Below are positions 37,681 to 46,780 of a stretch of 64,000 nt of DNA, piece after piece (position 1 is the first letter of the stretch; each line of letters opens with the position of its first letter). Source of the stretch: Balanoglossus misakiensis (Eukaryota > Animalia > Hemichordata). The translations under genes were made by a program, and so were the position numbers. The notes under the pieces were generated by a model. That model worked only from the letters and a program-made list of their open reading frames with translations, was not told the origin of the DNA and made no database searches. Where the stretch lies: NCBI GenBank assembly GCA_040954595.2, contig CM082597.2, forward strand, positions 850,886 to 914,885. Direction: 5' to 3'.

Positions 37681-40600
37681 ATGAAAATTCGACATATTTT
37701 CGCGTTTTTCGTTGTCGTCTGCGTCATCAATCTGTTCATACTTTTGAACAAACTCAACAATTCTTTCAGCCTAGAATGGTCAGGTGACAGACATGTCCGA
37801 ACTCTTGACTCTGAACTCTACGAAGATTGGACAGAATCTTTTCTACGGAACGGGCATGCGCAAACAAGAGATTATATCTTTCTTCTGTGTCTCGTATACA
37901 CAACGGTTGAGAGACGAGAGGAACGGAAAGCTATACGCGAGACTTGGGGATCCGTACGAGAGTTCGACGATACTCGTATCGTTCTGTATTTCGTTCTGGA
38001 GGCGAACAATGCCACCTCAGAAGAGCCTTTCATCTCTGAAATGGCCGCGAACGGCGATATTTCTTTGTTTGACGTCCATGGCAGTGAAGACAGAAGGACA
38101 GAACTCACAAAATCTCTGTTTATCTGGATATCCAAAAAGTTTACGAACTACAAATATCTCCTAAAAACTGATGATGACATTTTTGTAAATATGTTCGCTT
38201 TGGTGCAGTACTTGAGCAAACTGCAACGGGGCAGAGTCGTGATATCACGAGATTCGCGTCCGTGGTATGATTTGATTGGCCAGCGGTATTACCCTCCTGA
38301 TCCTAGAGTTCCCAGCTACGTCATTTCCGCGGATATCATTCGTGAATTTGCGAAATTGTTTGCAAATGGGAACGAAAATGGTAGAGAAAATATATTTTCG
38401 CAAAGTCTGTATAAGAAGTTCCAAATTCGTTTGGAAGATCACAGAGGCTTTGACACAGGGCAGAATTTGTGGACACTGTGTGAAGTGAAGACAATATTAA
38501 CGTCGACTCACATTCCATTCTTGAGAGTTTGGCGATATTGGAGACTGGTCCACGATTGGGTAGAATTTGTCACGTGTGAAGATGACGACTATGTTATTGG
38601 AGGAGACGGTAGGGTTGAAAACGGGTCTCCACAAATTACCAAAATGGCGTCTGTGACTGACCCTCACGACGTACAGATGATTATTGACCACCCGAAAGTA
38701 TGTTCTGAGAATTCTCCGGTTTTTCTGGTAGTCGGCGTTGTGTCCTCGCCTCAAAATTTCGCCCGAAGACTAGCGATTCGAGAAACATGGGGACGGTATT
38801 TCGATCCAGTGAAAACAGTGAAAGTTGTGACAGTGTTTCTGTTGGGCATCCCTAAGGAGCCGGAAATTCAGAAAGATATACTTTTTGAAGACAACTCTTT
38901 TGGTGACATTTTGCAGGGCGATTTTGACGATAGCTACGAGCACTTGATATTTAAAACGCTAATGCTGCTTCGATGGGTGACGGACAACTGTTTTCGTGCA
39001 AAATTCTTGGTCAAAGTTGACGACGATGTTTGGTTAAACTACGACCATATACTCGATTTATTGCGGCCTGCTCCGCAAAGTGATTTCTCGTTAGGTTTTC
39101 CGAGAATTTACGCTCCCGTGTTAAGAGGACCAGTAGCAAAGTGGTACACCCCGGAAGAGGTGTATCCCTCCGCGACATATAAACCATATCAATCCGGACC
39201 CGCGTATATTCTATCAACCGATTTGGTTGGGAAGGTTTTTAAGGCATCAAAGAATTCCAAAATATTCAAATGGGAAGATATATACCTGGGTATTCTACTA
39301 AATGACCTTGGTGTTTACCCCTATTCTGGCATTGATTTCGACATGATGGGTTTAGCAAGAACAACCTGCGCACTTCAATCCTGCGCTATGTGTCATAAAT
39401 ATTATGCCAAAGATTTTCTGTACCACTGGAATCTTATCAAACTCCGAGAAAGAAAAGGCATAAATTGTCAATCACAGTCACGCCCGTACATTCCAAAATT
39501 CGGCATCCTCGACACAGACCCAGACCGCCAGATCTACGCTACACGTGATCTTTCACTCAAACAAAAACTTGTCCAGAAAACGGCTTTTCTGACGTCACAC
39601 AGTGAACTATGTCGTTATTATGTCGACAGACAAGATCCAATATTCCTAATTGTGCTAATTTTCAGCGACGGCGCTGATTTCGACAACAGACGGTACTCGC
39701 GGATTAATTTCGCTCGGCCTGGTGTGGTGCGCCGGAAGAGGGTGCAACCGTTCTTTGTGGTCGGCTCCCGTGGACAAAGAGATTTGCACAGCTTGTTGGA
39801 AAATGAAGACAGAATGTACTCCGACATGATAATACTTGACATTCTTGACACCAAGGAGAACGAAACACTGAAACTTGAACTTGCCCTTCGTTGGGTTACG
39901 ACGTCATGTCCAAATTACAAGTTTTTACTGAAGGTGACGTACAAAGAATTCGTCAACTTTGAAAACATCATATCATATCTTTTGAGAGCGCCTACGTCAC
40001 GCTTCGCTGCTGGAAATGTTGTCATGCCAACGACAGAGTCACACAGTCAGTCTCTTTTGAACATATATACGCCGCCATATTTGCAAGGAGATGCGTTCAT
40101 ACTGTCCTCAGATGTTGCTGTCGTTGTCTCCAGTACGGTACCATGGCAACTAACACTCATGTTGCCCGGACCACTGATAACGAAAGCACTTCGAGAAAAT
40201 GACGTCAGCATCGTACATCATGGAGGGTTTCTCATGTCACCTCCTGATCTAACACGGAAACAAAACTTTTGTATGTTACACGACCTGATAGTCTGCTCCA
40301 AGATGCCTTCATACAGATACTTACTTGCCATGAAAATGCTGAGCGGAGATTTCTACGCATGCTCAAATTACATGAATACATTGCCAAAGCAACTTGCATC
40401 TGAAAAGGACAGACCATGGCTTCAACACAATCTGATGACATTTGATGCAAAAACTGATTATGTCAGTAATATGCATGATTACGACTACGTCATCAACCAT
40501 AAACATAAATGCAAGCTGCTGGACAAGACACATTTAAAATCCATCCTCTTTCTAATCGCATCAAAACCGGAACATTTCGAAAACCGAAAATTGGTTCGGA

Positions 40601-42108
40601 GCTCTTGGGCAAGCGACAACTTTATCGACAACACACACGTAGTGTTTATGTTTCTTATCGGCGACACCAGAAACCAGTTTCTGAATAATGAAATTTTCCT
40701 CGAAAATGCGCAATATCAAGACATCATCCAGGAATCTTTTGAAGATGCCGGCGGAAGTGACGCAATCAAAACCGTGACTGGGTTGAAATGGGCCGCAGAT
40801 TTCTGCTCAACCGCAACTTTTGTTGTAATGACAACTGATTCTATGTTCATCAATACTGAGCGCCTGATAGACTTCTTAAAATCCTCGAATGCCCCGGAAA
40901 AGTCACTATTGATTGGAAGCCCAGTCACGCATGGGCAAAATACAAAAGATGGCGAAGGTGACGTCATTGGTATCAACACGCACACTTATGTGATGTCATC
41001 AGATGTTGTGCAAAGTCTTTACCAGGCATCAAGGAAGACACAACTAGCCGGAAACACAGATGTTTACTTTGCAGACTTGATGAAAAATGCTGAGATTTCG
41101 CCGAGATATCACGAAATATTTGGCAGACGACGATTTGTGAAGGGTTTGGATGATTACCTCCTCAACTTTCACATCGCGTGGGAAGTACAGTTTCCTCAGA
41201 ACATGACATTAATGAAGAACTTCAAGAAGCCAATTGGAGATTTTGCTGATTATGATGGCGACAAAGTGAATGAACCCGGCCGTTACAACTTTCTCATCAG
41301 TAATCCGAATATGTGTCTGAAAACCGGAACCGGAAACGAGAATCCCACCATGGCGGTTTTTGTCTTTTCAGACTGCGCAAGCGTGAAATGGAGATTAGCT
41401 GCGCGAGAGACTTGGATACGCGAGTTCAAAAACAATGCAGATTTTAATGTCGTCATAAATTTCGTCATCGGAAAATGTGACGACAGCGAAAATTATTTAC
41501 TTCGGACAGAGTTTGAAAATTTTGGTGACATTATTCAAGGAACTTTCAATGATAGTGGTTACTATAGTGACACATTAAAGACCTATCTTGTTCTAAGATG
41601 GTCATCAATTTACTGCGCTCCTCTGAAATTTATACTAAAACTTAACCAAAACGTGTTTCTAAACGTGATTGGTGTACTTGCTAAACTGAAGACACTGCCA
41701 AACAATTATTTGTACATGGGTTCAAAAATCACCAATGCTGTGTCAGACAGGAACAAAGAGAACCCTAATTTTGTGGCTTTCTACACGTGGCCGTATAAAT
41801 ATCTCCCGCCATGCTCTGCATCTCACGCTTACGTCATTTCCTCTGACCTCGTTCAAGACCTGTATGTTGCTTCTTACTATGCCGACCTTGTTGCGAACGA
41901 GGCTATATTTCTAGGACTGTTGGCGAGGAATATTGGTGCTACAATCACGGATAGCTCAAAATTTCGAAACACCGACGTATTTGATTTCTGCGAGTTCAAA
42001 GAGAATTTCACAGTACAACTGAGCAGTCACTTTCAGTTCTTTGCAATAAAGAAATCGTTGAGAAGAGAACACATTTGCTCAAAAAAGAAACCACTTATCA
42101 TAGATTAA
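37681..42108 (+). CDS. Multidomain GT31 glycosyltransferase, 5 tandem domains, ~1475 aa, single coding exon
   Basis: From ORF 37660..42108; likely start is MKIRHIF (37681), after a cttccag acceptor (alternative ATG at 37660). TM IFAFFVVVCVINLFILL. Domain 2 is canonical: RLAIRETW, GDILQGDFDDSY, KVDDDVW, PYQSGPAYILS, FKWEDIYLG. Four further degenerate GT31 repeats. AATAAA near 42218. Confidence 0.93.
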   Translation: MKIRHIFAFFVVVCVINLFILLNKLNNSFSLEWSGDRHVRTLDSELYEDWTESFLRNGHAQTRDYIFLLCLVYTTVERREERKAIRETWGSVREFDDTRIVLYFVLEANNATSEEPFISEMAANGDISLFDVHGSEDRRTELTKSLFIWISKKFTNYKYLLKTDDDIFVNMFALVQYLSKLQRGRVVISRDSRPWYDLIGQRYYPPDPRVPSYVISADIIREFAKLFANGNENGRENIFSQSLYKKFQIRLEDHRGFDTGQNLWTLCEVKTILTSTHIPFLRVWRYWRLVHDWVEFVTCEDDDYVIGGDGRVENGSPQITKMASVTDPHDVQMIIDHPKVCSENSPVFLVVGVVSSPQNFARRLAIRETWGRYFDPVKTVKVVTVFLLGIPKEPEIQKDILFEDNSFGDILQGDFDDSYEHLIFKTLMLLRWVTDNCFRAKFLVKVDDDVWLNYDHILDLLRPAPQSDFSLGFPRIYAPVLRGPVAKWYTPEEVYPSATYKPYQSGPAYILSTDLVGKVFKASKNSKIFKWEDIYLGILLNDLGVYPYSGIDFDMMGLARTTCALQSCAMCHKYYAKDFLYHWNLIKLRERKGINCQSQSRPYIPKFGILDTDPDRQIYATRDLSLKQKLVQKTAFLTSHSELCRYYVDRQDPIFLIVLIFSDGADFDNRRYSRINFARPGVVRRKRVQPFFVVGSRGQRDLHSLLENEDRMYSDMIILDILDTKENETLKLELALRWVTTSCPNYKFLLKVTYKEFVNFENIISYLLRAPTSRFAAGNVVMPTTESHSQSLLNIYTPPYLQGDAFILSSDVAVVVSSTVPWQLTLMLPGPLITKALRENDVSIVHHGGFLMSPPDLTRKQNFCMLHDLIVCSKMPSYRYLLAMKMLSGDFYACSNYMNTLPKQLASEKDRPWLQHNLMTFDAKTDYVSNMHDYDYVINHKHKCKLLDKTHLKSILFLIASKPEHFENRKLVRSSWASDNFIDNTHVVFMFLIGDTRNQFLNNEIFLENAQYQDIIQESFEDAGGSDAIKTVTGLKWAADFCSTATFVVMTTDSMFINTERLIDFLKSSNAPEKSLLIGSPVTHGQNTKDGEGDVIGINTHTYVMSSDVVQSLYQASRKTQLAGNTDVYFADLMKNAEISPRYHEIFGRRRFVKGLDDYLLNFHIAWEVQFPQNMTLMKNFKKPIGDFADYDGDKVNEPGRYNFLISNPNMCLKTGTGNENPTMAVFVFSDCASVKWRLAARETWIREFKNNADFNVVINFVIGKCDDSENYLLRTEFENFGDIIQGTFNDSGYYSDTLKTYLVLRWSSIYCAPLKFILKLNQNVFLNVIGVLAKLKTLPNNYLYMGSKITNAVSDRNKENPNFVAFYTWPYKYLPPCSASHAYVISSDLVQDLYVASYYADLVANEAIFLGLLARNIGATITDSSKFRNTDVFDFCEFKENFTVQLSSHFQFFAIKKSLRREHICSKKKPLIID

Positions 42109-42545
42109 GATGTAGTGATATATGACTTGTCAGTCAATGTACACATTGTGCAATTTAGCAAAAAAATCTGATTACTGTGAAATTGTAATAAGGATTTGAC
42201 ATCCCCTTCATGTTGCCAATAAACCAGATATAAACTCACGATTTTTATCTATTCTATTTTTATCTGTATGTATGTATGTTAGCCTACAATCACGGAATAT
42301 TAGGTGGACATTAACACTTTATTTGATAGAAACATAGTTTCTTTCTCTAACATTCAACAAATGATCCCTCTGTGGCCAGAAAGTAAGAAGGACAAAAATA
42401 GATCTCTTTGCCGGGCTGTTGTCCCCTGTATTGTTTGTTTTTAATCAATAATATCTCAGGTTTTCGGAGATCGATATTGACTAATGACCCGCTTTTCCTT
42501 CACCTTTCTCGATGTCTACTCAACATTGAACATCGAAGTTCAACA

Positions 42546-42618
42546 GGGCTTGTGGCGCAACGGATAACGCGTCTGACTACGGATCAGAAGATTCCAGGTT
42601 CGAATCCTGGCAAGCTCG
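42546..42618 (+). tRNA. tRNA-Arg(ACG): tRNA-Arg, anticodon ACG
   Basis: GGGCTTGTGGCGCAACGGATAACGCGTCTGACTACGGATCAGAAGATTCCAGGTTCGAATCCTGGCAAGCTCG, 73 nt. Acceptor stem GGGCTTG/CAAGCTC, anticodon arm TCTGA-CTACGGA-TCAGA, T-loop GGTTCGAATCC; closely matches metazoan tRNA-Arg(ACG). Confidence 0.97.
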
Positions 42619-42627
42619 GCTCTGATA

Positions 42628-42634
42628 TTTTTTT
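42628..42634 (+). terminator. RNA polymerase III oligo-T terminator of the tRNA gene
   Basis: Run of about 7 T, ~10 bp downstream of the tRNA 3' end. Confidence 0.7.
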
Positions 42635-43732
42635 CTCTTTTTAAACTAAGAAACAAAACGAGTAAATCGGTCATATTTTTAAAAAAAACTTAAGCGGAAA
42701 TGCTAGAAGGAAAGGGGGGGCAATTCTCCTTGAACTAGAATTAAATTTTACTTTTTTTACGTGACAGAACACAAAACGCGCAGCCCTGTTGACAGGACGT
42801 GTTGACGAACTCGAAGATCACAAAAAAGTAGATCTGGCTCCAATTCCTGGTAACCATGGATAGATGTCCTGGTCAATGCCACAATCAAATTAATTACGTA
42901 GACCCATTTATTAGGCAGCCGAGATACGACAATCAAATAACCGCCGTGTTAAATTAGGGCTATAAACTTACGTTCTCATTCTACTAGTCTATTGTTTATT
43001 TTGACCATAGACCTGGGAATTTCAGGGGCGATGCTTTGACTGCGTAATGTGGATAGACATCGTCTGAACATGTTGCTGGTCATACATAAAAGTGAACTGG
43101 TCATTAACCTGGGTTAAAGACGACTTCAAGTTGGTTCTTGACGGCAATAAAAAATTAACGACGCAAATTACAATTATTTGTACTGATGTCACGGTGACGG
43201 GATGACAAGTTTTGAACCATCGGTTAGATTTCAAAATATTTTGTCCTGGATGAGCAACCATTGATGACGTCAGGAGTTGTGGGCCACAAATTGAGGCACC
43301 TCCATGACAACGGAAAAACAAGTCCCAGAATTCGCTGTAAATTTTTCATCACGCAGGATCAACGTGAACCGACAATTGCCAAAGTTTGGCGGTCTCTCGG
43401 CATGACAAATCAATATCACTATTCCGGGTCATTCCATTACATCATGGGGGTAGTTGCAAACCCGAAGAAAAGACCATTTTGCTAAAAGTGTCGATGAAAA
43501 TATGTTCACTGACTGAAATTTTAGGCTTGTGTTTAATATCGTCCTTTAAGTTGATGAAAAAAGACGAATAATTTTCGTTGGAGATCCAGTGCCTTCGTTT
43601 CATTCTCACCAGTGTCAGTCGGACACCCCTAGATTTCAAGATGGAGGACTTCAACGCTCGGCGTTGTCGTGGAAACGTTATACATAATTAAACGTGTGTC
43701 ACCGTGTTTGGTTCTTTGCCATAACTACGCGG

Positions 43733-43830
43733 TTTTATAAGTTGCAGATTCAACAAACTACTGTCACTTTCAGCTTGCGACCAGAGACGACAACAGCTCC
43801 ATCTTCTTGGTAGCGATACTCACGGTAAGT
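43733..43830 (+). promoter_or_regulatory. Candidate TATA-like/Inr promoter and non-coding first exon of the small GPI-peptide gene
   Basis: TTATAA at ~43735, Inr-like TCACTT about 29 bp downstream (43764), and a strong donor ACG|GTAAGT at 43824/43825. The matching acceptor would be ttgcag at 44945. Confidence 0.45.
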
Positions 43831-44966
43831 CAACTTCTTTTACATCTCTTTTCATTTGCACAAAAACTGCACGCATTGCTTCTTTGACAACTTTCATTTT
43901 GCATTCCCCGTTTCAAATATTTTATAAAAACGCGACTGTATTTAGCTCATGTATTTTTCGATGGCAAATTTTGACAAAAGCGGTGAGAAGAGAAATGACT
44001 GTTGGATTTCTACTGAAGAATTTTGAATTAACGGTTTCGTCGACATTTTTAAATTATCGAAGCAAACGCTTGCATTGGTCATCTTCGCTTTACCAGTACA
44101 TGTATTTAATAAACTTTGGTAAAATCGGTCGCTTGTTGCATTTCATTTCAAAGAAATGAGACTGGTTTAGTATTTGGATCCGCACGGATAACACACGAGA
44201 AAGCGAAAAACGTTTAGAATACTATTTACAAGTTAAATTAGCTAAGAAATTAGAAATTAGTCTTGTTTAATTTTAAAGCATCTTGGCGGAGAATTTGAAG
44301 TTCATTGTACATTGAAAGGGATCGGGGACCCACAGGAGAGACCTCGTTACGCGACTGTTTATGTTCCATGGAAAAGTCCGATTGTATTCATCTTAGCAAT
44401 AATCGATCGAAAACAAACCCTGCCTATACATCATCTATTTTGTCTTCGTGGAAACGCCAATAACAACGACAATGACGATCTGTTCCAAAGAACGAAAATC
44501 GATTTGGTTTCCTCAGAAGTACCACACAATGCATTAAATATGACCTCTGTCAGTTGCGCCAGGGGAAGGGATTTTTATCTCTCCTGTCCGAAGTTTACAA
44601 TAAACGGGGATAACATCAAACTTTAGAAATGCAACTTTCTTTGGGGAATATTCTCTGGTAGCTAAACTTATCACGTTTCTTCAACATTTGGAGAGCAAAA
44701 TCGTCCAATATCATCATCGACCCAGCCGTCGTTACGCAATGTATAATTTGCATTTCTATGACACAGGTGACAATGTGACAATGAATAGCCGCGTTTGATG
44801 TTCTCAGACACATGGAAACCGCGAAAACAGTTCCCACGAAACGCAGGCAACCTTAGTGAACTCGTCAAACTCTGCTAACTTAAATTAAGAACTACACCAG
44901 TGCACCTTGAGTAAACGTGTTCGGTCTTTTCTACCTTCGTTGCAGATAAACTAACTGACGATCATC

Positions 44967-45484
44967 ATGAGGACATCACTTTTGCTTGTATTGACCCTTC
45001 TGGGACTTATTGGTGAGTATATTTGATGAAACGTGTACATACACGAAAATAGCTACGATGACACTGAAATGCAGCAGACAGACAGGCAGACATGGTCTCA
45101 TACTGTCAAGGCATTGACAGGAATACAAAGCGAGCATAGAGAAAGTCGGGCAACGAAAATGGAGTGGTCATTCTTGCGTTTGGACAGACTAGTCCTCGCA
45201 GACACTTTTACCAATTGGTCAGTTCACAACAAGGCTACCAAGTTGCCAACCATTGGTGGAACGATTCCTGTCATAAGCGGTGGTTGACTAAGAGGTCTCA
45301 ATAATTTTTCTTGTTCTATTTTTCTTCAGCTTTCGCCACAGCAACTACAGTTGCGCCGACAACGGTCGCCGCTAGCGAGGGACCATCGGAAGAAGCCACT
45401 GAAGCTGACAGTGCCACCAACGTCCACATGAGCCTCTTGTTGCTCGCGGTCACAGGGGTATTCCAGTTCATCCTCCGTCAATAG
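44967..45484 (+). CDS. Tiny secreted, probably GPI-anchored Thr/Ser-rich glycopeptide precursor (CD24/CD52-like architecture), 66 aa, 2 coding exons
   Basis: Exon 44967-45012 (donor G|GTGAGT) and exon 45330-45484 (acceptor tttcttcag) give MRTSLLLVLTLLGLIAFATATTVAPTTVAASEGPSEEATEADSATNVHMSLLLLAVTGVFQFILRQ*. It has a signal peptide, a short T/S/A/E-rich core, a small-residue omega region (DSA) and a hydrophobic tail. Absent from the ORF track. Confidence 0.75.
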
Positions 45485-46780
45485 ACAACCAATCATTGAC
45501 GAAAACATTCAGCCAATTAGAATCCGTGTAACATGACAGTCTATCAGGGAGGGAACACACCAATTAGCGACTTCGTCTTAAGAATCTTCTTCACCAGGCT
45601 TGCAACAAGCATCGGACATTTACGGAACTCTTAACTGACAGGGGAAGGGACACTTCTTTTAAAACGCCATCTTCACATGGTGCTACGAAAAATGCAGCTA
45701 ACTTTTCGAATCCCCTGAAGTTAGCAAAATGATGCCTTGAACGAGGTTATGATGGGACTTCCCTTGATGAAGGCTCGTTCCTGGTTGAAAGCTTCCAAAC
45801 TTTTCTTCAATCTGAGACTTGTACAATTTCCAGATTTCCAAAGGGTGCCGATTTTGTTGAAAGATTGTGTGTGGCTTTTCATCAGCTATGAAAAATTGTA
45901 CTTTCAGCAAAATCCTTCCCATCCATTCCCAATCAAGAAATGGAACTTTCCATTTTCTATGTATCAGGCAAAACCATTGAGACATCATAGGTAAATCAGC
46001 CTGACACTGGAGGGACGGATGGGACAATGATCCTTACTCTTTCTTTCAAAGGGGATATTTTTATAGATTGCAATTATACAAATTTTGTAACTTTGTAATT
46101 TACAGATTATAATATAAATGTGTGCTTTTTTGAACCTTGATGAAAAAGGTCATCACGAAAATGTGATTATGTGACGTCACAATGTACACTTGCTGTACGA
46201 GGGGATTTGCGAACGTTTTAATTTGCTTGACAATGTTCTGCATTTCAGAAATGAAATAAAAATCCCGTATTTGAGAAATGGATTCTGATTATGCTTGTTT
46301 ACTCCTACATGTGTGGGACACTTTACAGCTGTATACGTGTGTATGATTGCGATTACGAGTATGTGATTGTGTGTGTCTGTATGTACCACTGAGTGTATGT
46401 GCGCGCTCCGTAAGGTCATGTAAGTTTGCCACTGACCTTTTGCCGTTGCTTTGCCTTTTTGATTCGAGTGGCAAAACTAAAAGATTACCGAAACACTTCC
46501 ATACATACATCATACAGAAAACCCTCTCACATCCAACCTAATTAAAAGTCAATTACCTTTTGTGTCTACACTATCCGGGACTTCTCAGACGAGCTGTTAC
46601 CACAATGAAACTTTGCATCAAACACTGCAAAAAGCAAAATGCATTCTAATGAACACAAAAAATTGTTTTATTTACAACATGTACTTCAACTGTCAATATA
46701 AGGTTATCATTTTACGTTTGAATAGTTGGATGCCCATGACATTGTCATGTTAGCTCATATTCAATATACACATACATTAA

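Noticed and set aside
24903-41468. Many short ORFs antisense to or overlapping the three GT31 genes
   Set aside because: Shadow ORFs of long coding sequences with no recognisable motifs.
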